From: Squalus acanthias
Taxonomy: Eukaryota
Length of the DNA stretch: 64,000 bases
Reading direction: 5' to 3'
Assembly (NCBI GenBank): GCA_030390025.1
Contig: JASTWF010000033.1
Location: forward strand, 4,900,001-4,964,000
Below are positions 60,901 to 64,000 of the stretch, in pieces. Numbering within the stretch: the stretch's first letter is position 1; each line of letters starts with the position of its first letter. The position numbers and the translations under genes were made by a program. The notes beneath the pieces are model-generated. The model ran no database searches. It was given only the letters and a program-made list of their open reading frames with translations, and had not been told where the DNA came from.

Positions 60901-62774
60901 ATAAATTATATCTTCACCAACTTCTTCGAAAAGCAGTGGTGCAATGTGAGAAGCCAAGAGTTTACTTTGCAATAAATCCTCAGATTTTCTGATAAAATTC
61001 CAAAACCACTCACAGTTTTAGATGGCTGCCTTTATTAATTATTATTGTTTTTTATTCAATACACTGATGCTTTGCTTCAAATATTGAAAAGACATTCTCT
61101 ACATGACATCTCACAATACACATTAGAAAACATACAGACTGCGCAGTTAAGTGACAAGTGACCATTAACAGAGATGAACGCGAGGTGATGCACTTTGGTA
61201 GGAAAATATAACATCATGAGGGTAGTGCGGTTGATGTTGTGTATATGGACTTTCAAAAGGCTTTTGACAAAGTACCACATGACATAACTGTTCATAAAAT
61301 TGTAGTCCATGCGATTAATAGGACAGGGCAGCATGGATACCAAATTGGCTAAGGGTCAGAAAGCAGAGAGTAGTGGTGGCCGGTTGTTTTTCAGTCTGGA
61401 GGGAATTATACAGAGGTGTTCCCCAGGGGTCGCTATTAGGACCAGTGCTCTCTTTGATATATTTTAATGACCTAGAGTTGGGTATACAGGGCATCAAAAC
61501 TCGGAAATGTAGCACACAATGAGGAGGATAGTAACAGACTTCAGGAGGACGGAGACTGACTGGTCAACAAGAGAACATAAGCAATAGGAGCAGTAGTTGG
61601 CCATTCGGCCCTTCAAGCCTACTCCACCATTCAATACGCTCCTGGCTGACCTTCGGTTTAAAAGTCATTCATGCAACACCTTCTAACTGACCCTCATTCC
61701 TGCATATAAAGTTATCTCATTACTCAGTTTACTGGCATATTTTCCATTATCAGAATAAAATATAATTGGAGCCGAAATCAAGACACTAAATGCCAAGAAC
61801 ATTTGGCTGGGTCTTTACCCTTATAAACTGTTCCTCAGACTGGAGGGTCTGAGAGCTTCAGAGACGTCCCTGACATGATCCTACACTTCTCTGATGGCGT
61901 TTCTTTCGGAATCCAATCCCTTTGCTTACAGCATAACCCGAACTCTGATTCAATTAGGCAGACACTTCACAGATTCTATTGAACACAGAAAATTGTGAAG
62001 TGAAAAATGAGAAGAGGCAATGTGAAATCAATGGTGTAACTATAAAGGGAGTGCAGGAACAGAGGGACCTAGGCATGTATGTACACTAATCTTTGAATGC
62101 GGCCGGACAATTTGAGAAGTATGTTAATAAAGCATACGGGATCATTCGCTTTATTAATAAGCAGTGGAGTACAAAAGCAATGAAGTTATGCGGAAACATT
62201 AGAAAGCAATGATTAGGCTTCAGCTGGAGCATTGTGTCCAATTCTGGACACCACACTTTAGGAAAATGTCAAAGCCTTGGAGCGTGTGCAGAATAGATTT
62301 ACTAGAATGGTACCAGAGACAAGGGACTTCAGTTATGTGGAGAGACTGGAGAAGCTGGGGTTGTTCTGATTAGAGCAGAGAAGGTTAAGAGGAGATTTGA
62401 TAGAGGTGTTCTAAAGACTACATAGATTTAATAGAGTACTTGAAGAGCAACTGTTTCCAGTGGAAGTGGGGTCGGTAACCAGATGACACAGATTTAATGT
62501 GATTGGCAAAAGAACCCGAGACAACATGAGGAAGCTTTTGTTTTACACAGCGAGTTAGTGTGATCTGGAATGCGATGCCTGAAAGGGCGGTGGAAGCAGA
62601 TTCAATAGAAACTTTCAAGGGGGATTTGGAAAAAATACTTGAGATAAAATAAAATACTGTGGAAAGAGCAGAGGAGTGGAATTAATTGGACAGCTGTACC
62701 AAAGAGCCGGCACAGGTAAGGTGGGCCGAATGGCCTCCTTCTGTGCTGTATCATTCCATGATTCTATAATCACC
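57907..62774 (+). repeat. Older segmental duplicate of 4830-5797 + 10820-14151 + 14579-14610 + 17109-17590
   Basis: Colinear similarity of non-TE sequence (e.g. CTTAGGAAGTTTAATCAC, TTGTCTGTCGTTCTA, GCACGTCAGCGCCATAGGAAA), shared inverted repeat and minisatellite, and empty sites for three insertions. Confidence 0.92.
60469..60822. repeat. 29-bp G-rich minisatellite (paralog of 12313-12702)
   Basis: Same unit. Confidence 0.9.
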
Positions 62775-64000
62775 GATACCTGGGATGGCAGGAATGACAT
62801 ATGAGGAGAGATTGGGTCGATTGGGCTTATACTCGCTGGAGTATAGAAGAATGAGAGGGGATCTCATCGAAACATATAAAATTCTGACAGGTCTGGACAA
62901 ACTAGATGCAGGAAGAATGTTCCCGATGGTCGGAGATTCCAGAACCAGGGGTCATAATCTAAGGATAACGGGTAAGCCAATTAGGACAGAAATGAGGAAG
63001 ACTTTCTTCACCCAGAGAGTGGTGAACCTGTGGAATTCTCTACCACAGAAGGTAGTTGAGGCCAAGTCATTAAATATATTCAAGAATGAGTTAGATATAT
63101 TTCTTAAAGCTAAAGGTATCAAGGGATATGGGGAGAAAGCAGGGACAGGGTACTGAATTTGGATGATCAGCCATTATGTTATCGAATGGCGGAGCAGGCT
63201 TGAGGGGCCGAATGGCCTACTCCTGCTCCTATCTTTTTTGTTTCTATGTTTCTATACTGCATCTGCCATGTATTTGCCCACTCACTCAACTTGTCTAAAT
63301 CGCCTTGAAGCCTCTTTGCATCCTCCTCACAAACCACAATCCCACCTAGTTTCATGTCATCAGCAAACTTGAAATATTACATTTGATTCCCTCATCCAAA
63401 TCATTGATATATATTGTGAATAACTGGGGGCCAAGCACTGATCCTTGCGGTACCCCACTAGTCACCGCCTGCCACCCTGAAAAGGACCCATTTATTCCTA
63501 CTCTCTGTTTCCAGTCTGGTAACCCATTTTCAATCCATGCAAGTATATCACTCCCAATCCGATGTGCTTTAAGTTTTGCACACTATCTTCTATTTTGGAC
63601 TTTATCAATGGCCTTTTGAAAATCCAAATACACCACATCCACTGGTTCTCCCTTATCTATTCTACCAGTTACATCCTCAAACGACTCCAGTAGGTTTGTC
63701 AAACACGATTTCCCTTACATAAATCCATGCTGACTTTGTCTAATCCCGTTGATATATTCTCAGTGTCCTGTTATCACATCCTTTATAATAGGCTCCATCA
63801 TTTTCCTTACTACTGATCTTAGGCTAACCGTTCTGTAGTTCACTGTTTTCTCTCTCCCTCCTTTTTTAAATAGTGGGGTTACATTTGTCACTCTTCAATC
63901 TGCAGGAACTGTTTCATAATATGTAGAATTTTGGAAGCTGACAACTAATGGATCCAGTATTTCAATGGCTACCTCTTTTAGTACTCTGGGATGCAGATTG
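62775..64000 (+). repeat. Near-identical direct copy of 52121-53346 (offset 10,654 bp), continuing past the window end
   Basis: Shares the unique CR1(+) tail / CR1(-) junction TTTCTATACTGCATCTGCC. ORF-track entries 52729-52965 and 63383-63619 are identical. Confidence 0.92.

Overview
Repeat-dense vertebrate genomic DNA, almost certainly from a cartilaginous fish (shark/ray): HE1-type V-SINEs, CR1 LINEs with 8-bp tails and a GPR139-like receptor all point that way. There is one 500-N gap at 46996-47495. The only supportable host gene is an apparently intact two-exon class A GPCR of the GPR139-like type on the minus strand: exon 1 at 44291-44357 (missed by the ORF track), exon 2 at 20425-21410, 350 aa, TATA box at 44443-44449. 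Its 22.9-kb intron holds a nested stack of mobile elements, including a near-intact autonomous PIF/Harbinger transposon (transposase plus spliced Myb/SANT gene, TIRs, TSD), a full-length esterase-ORF1 CR1, an RTE LINE, a Penelope fragment and MITEs. The left end carries an internally deleted class I endogenous retrovirus with an LTR and a tRNA-Ser primer-binding site. Penelope-derived terminal repeats carry minimal hammerhead-ribozyme cores, twice arranged as long inverted repeats. Two segmental duplications are visible: an older one (about 4830-17590 vs 57907-62774) and a very recent one with a 10,654-bp offset (52121-53346 vs 62775-64000). Coordinates and similarities were read by eye; no searches were run.
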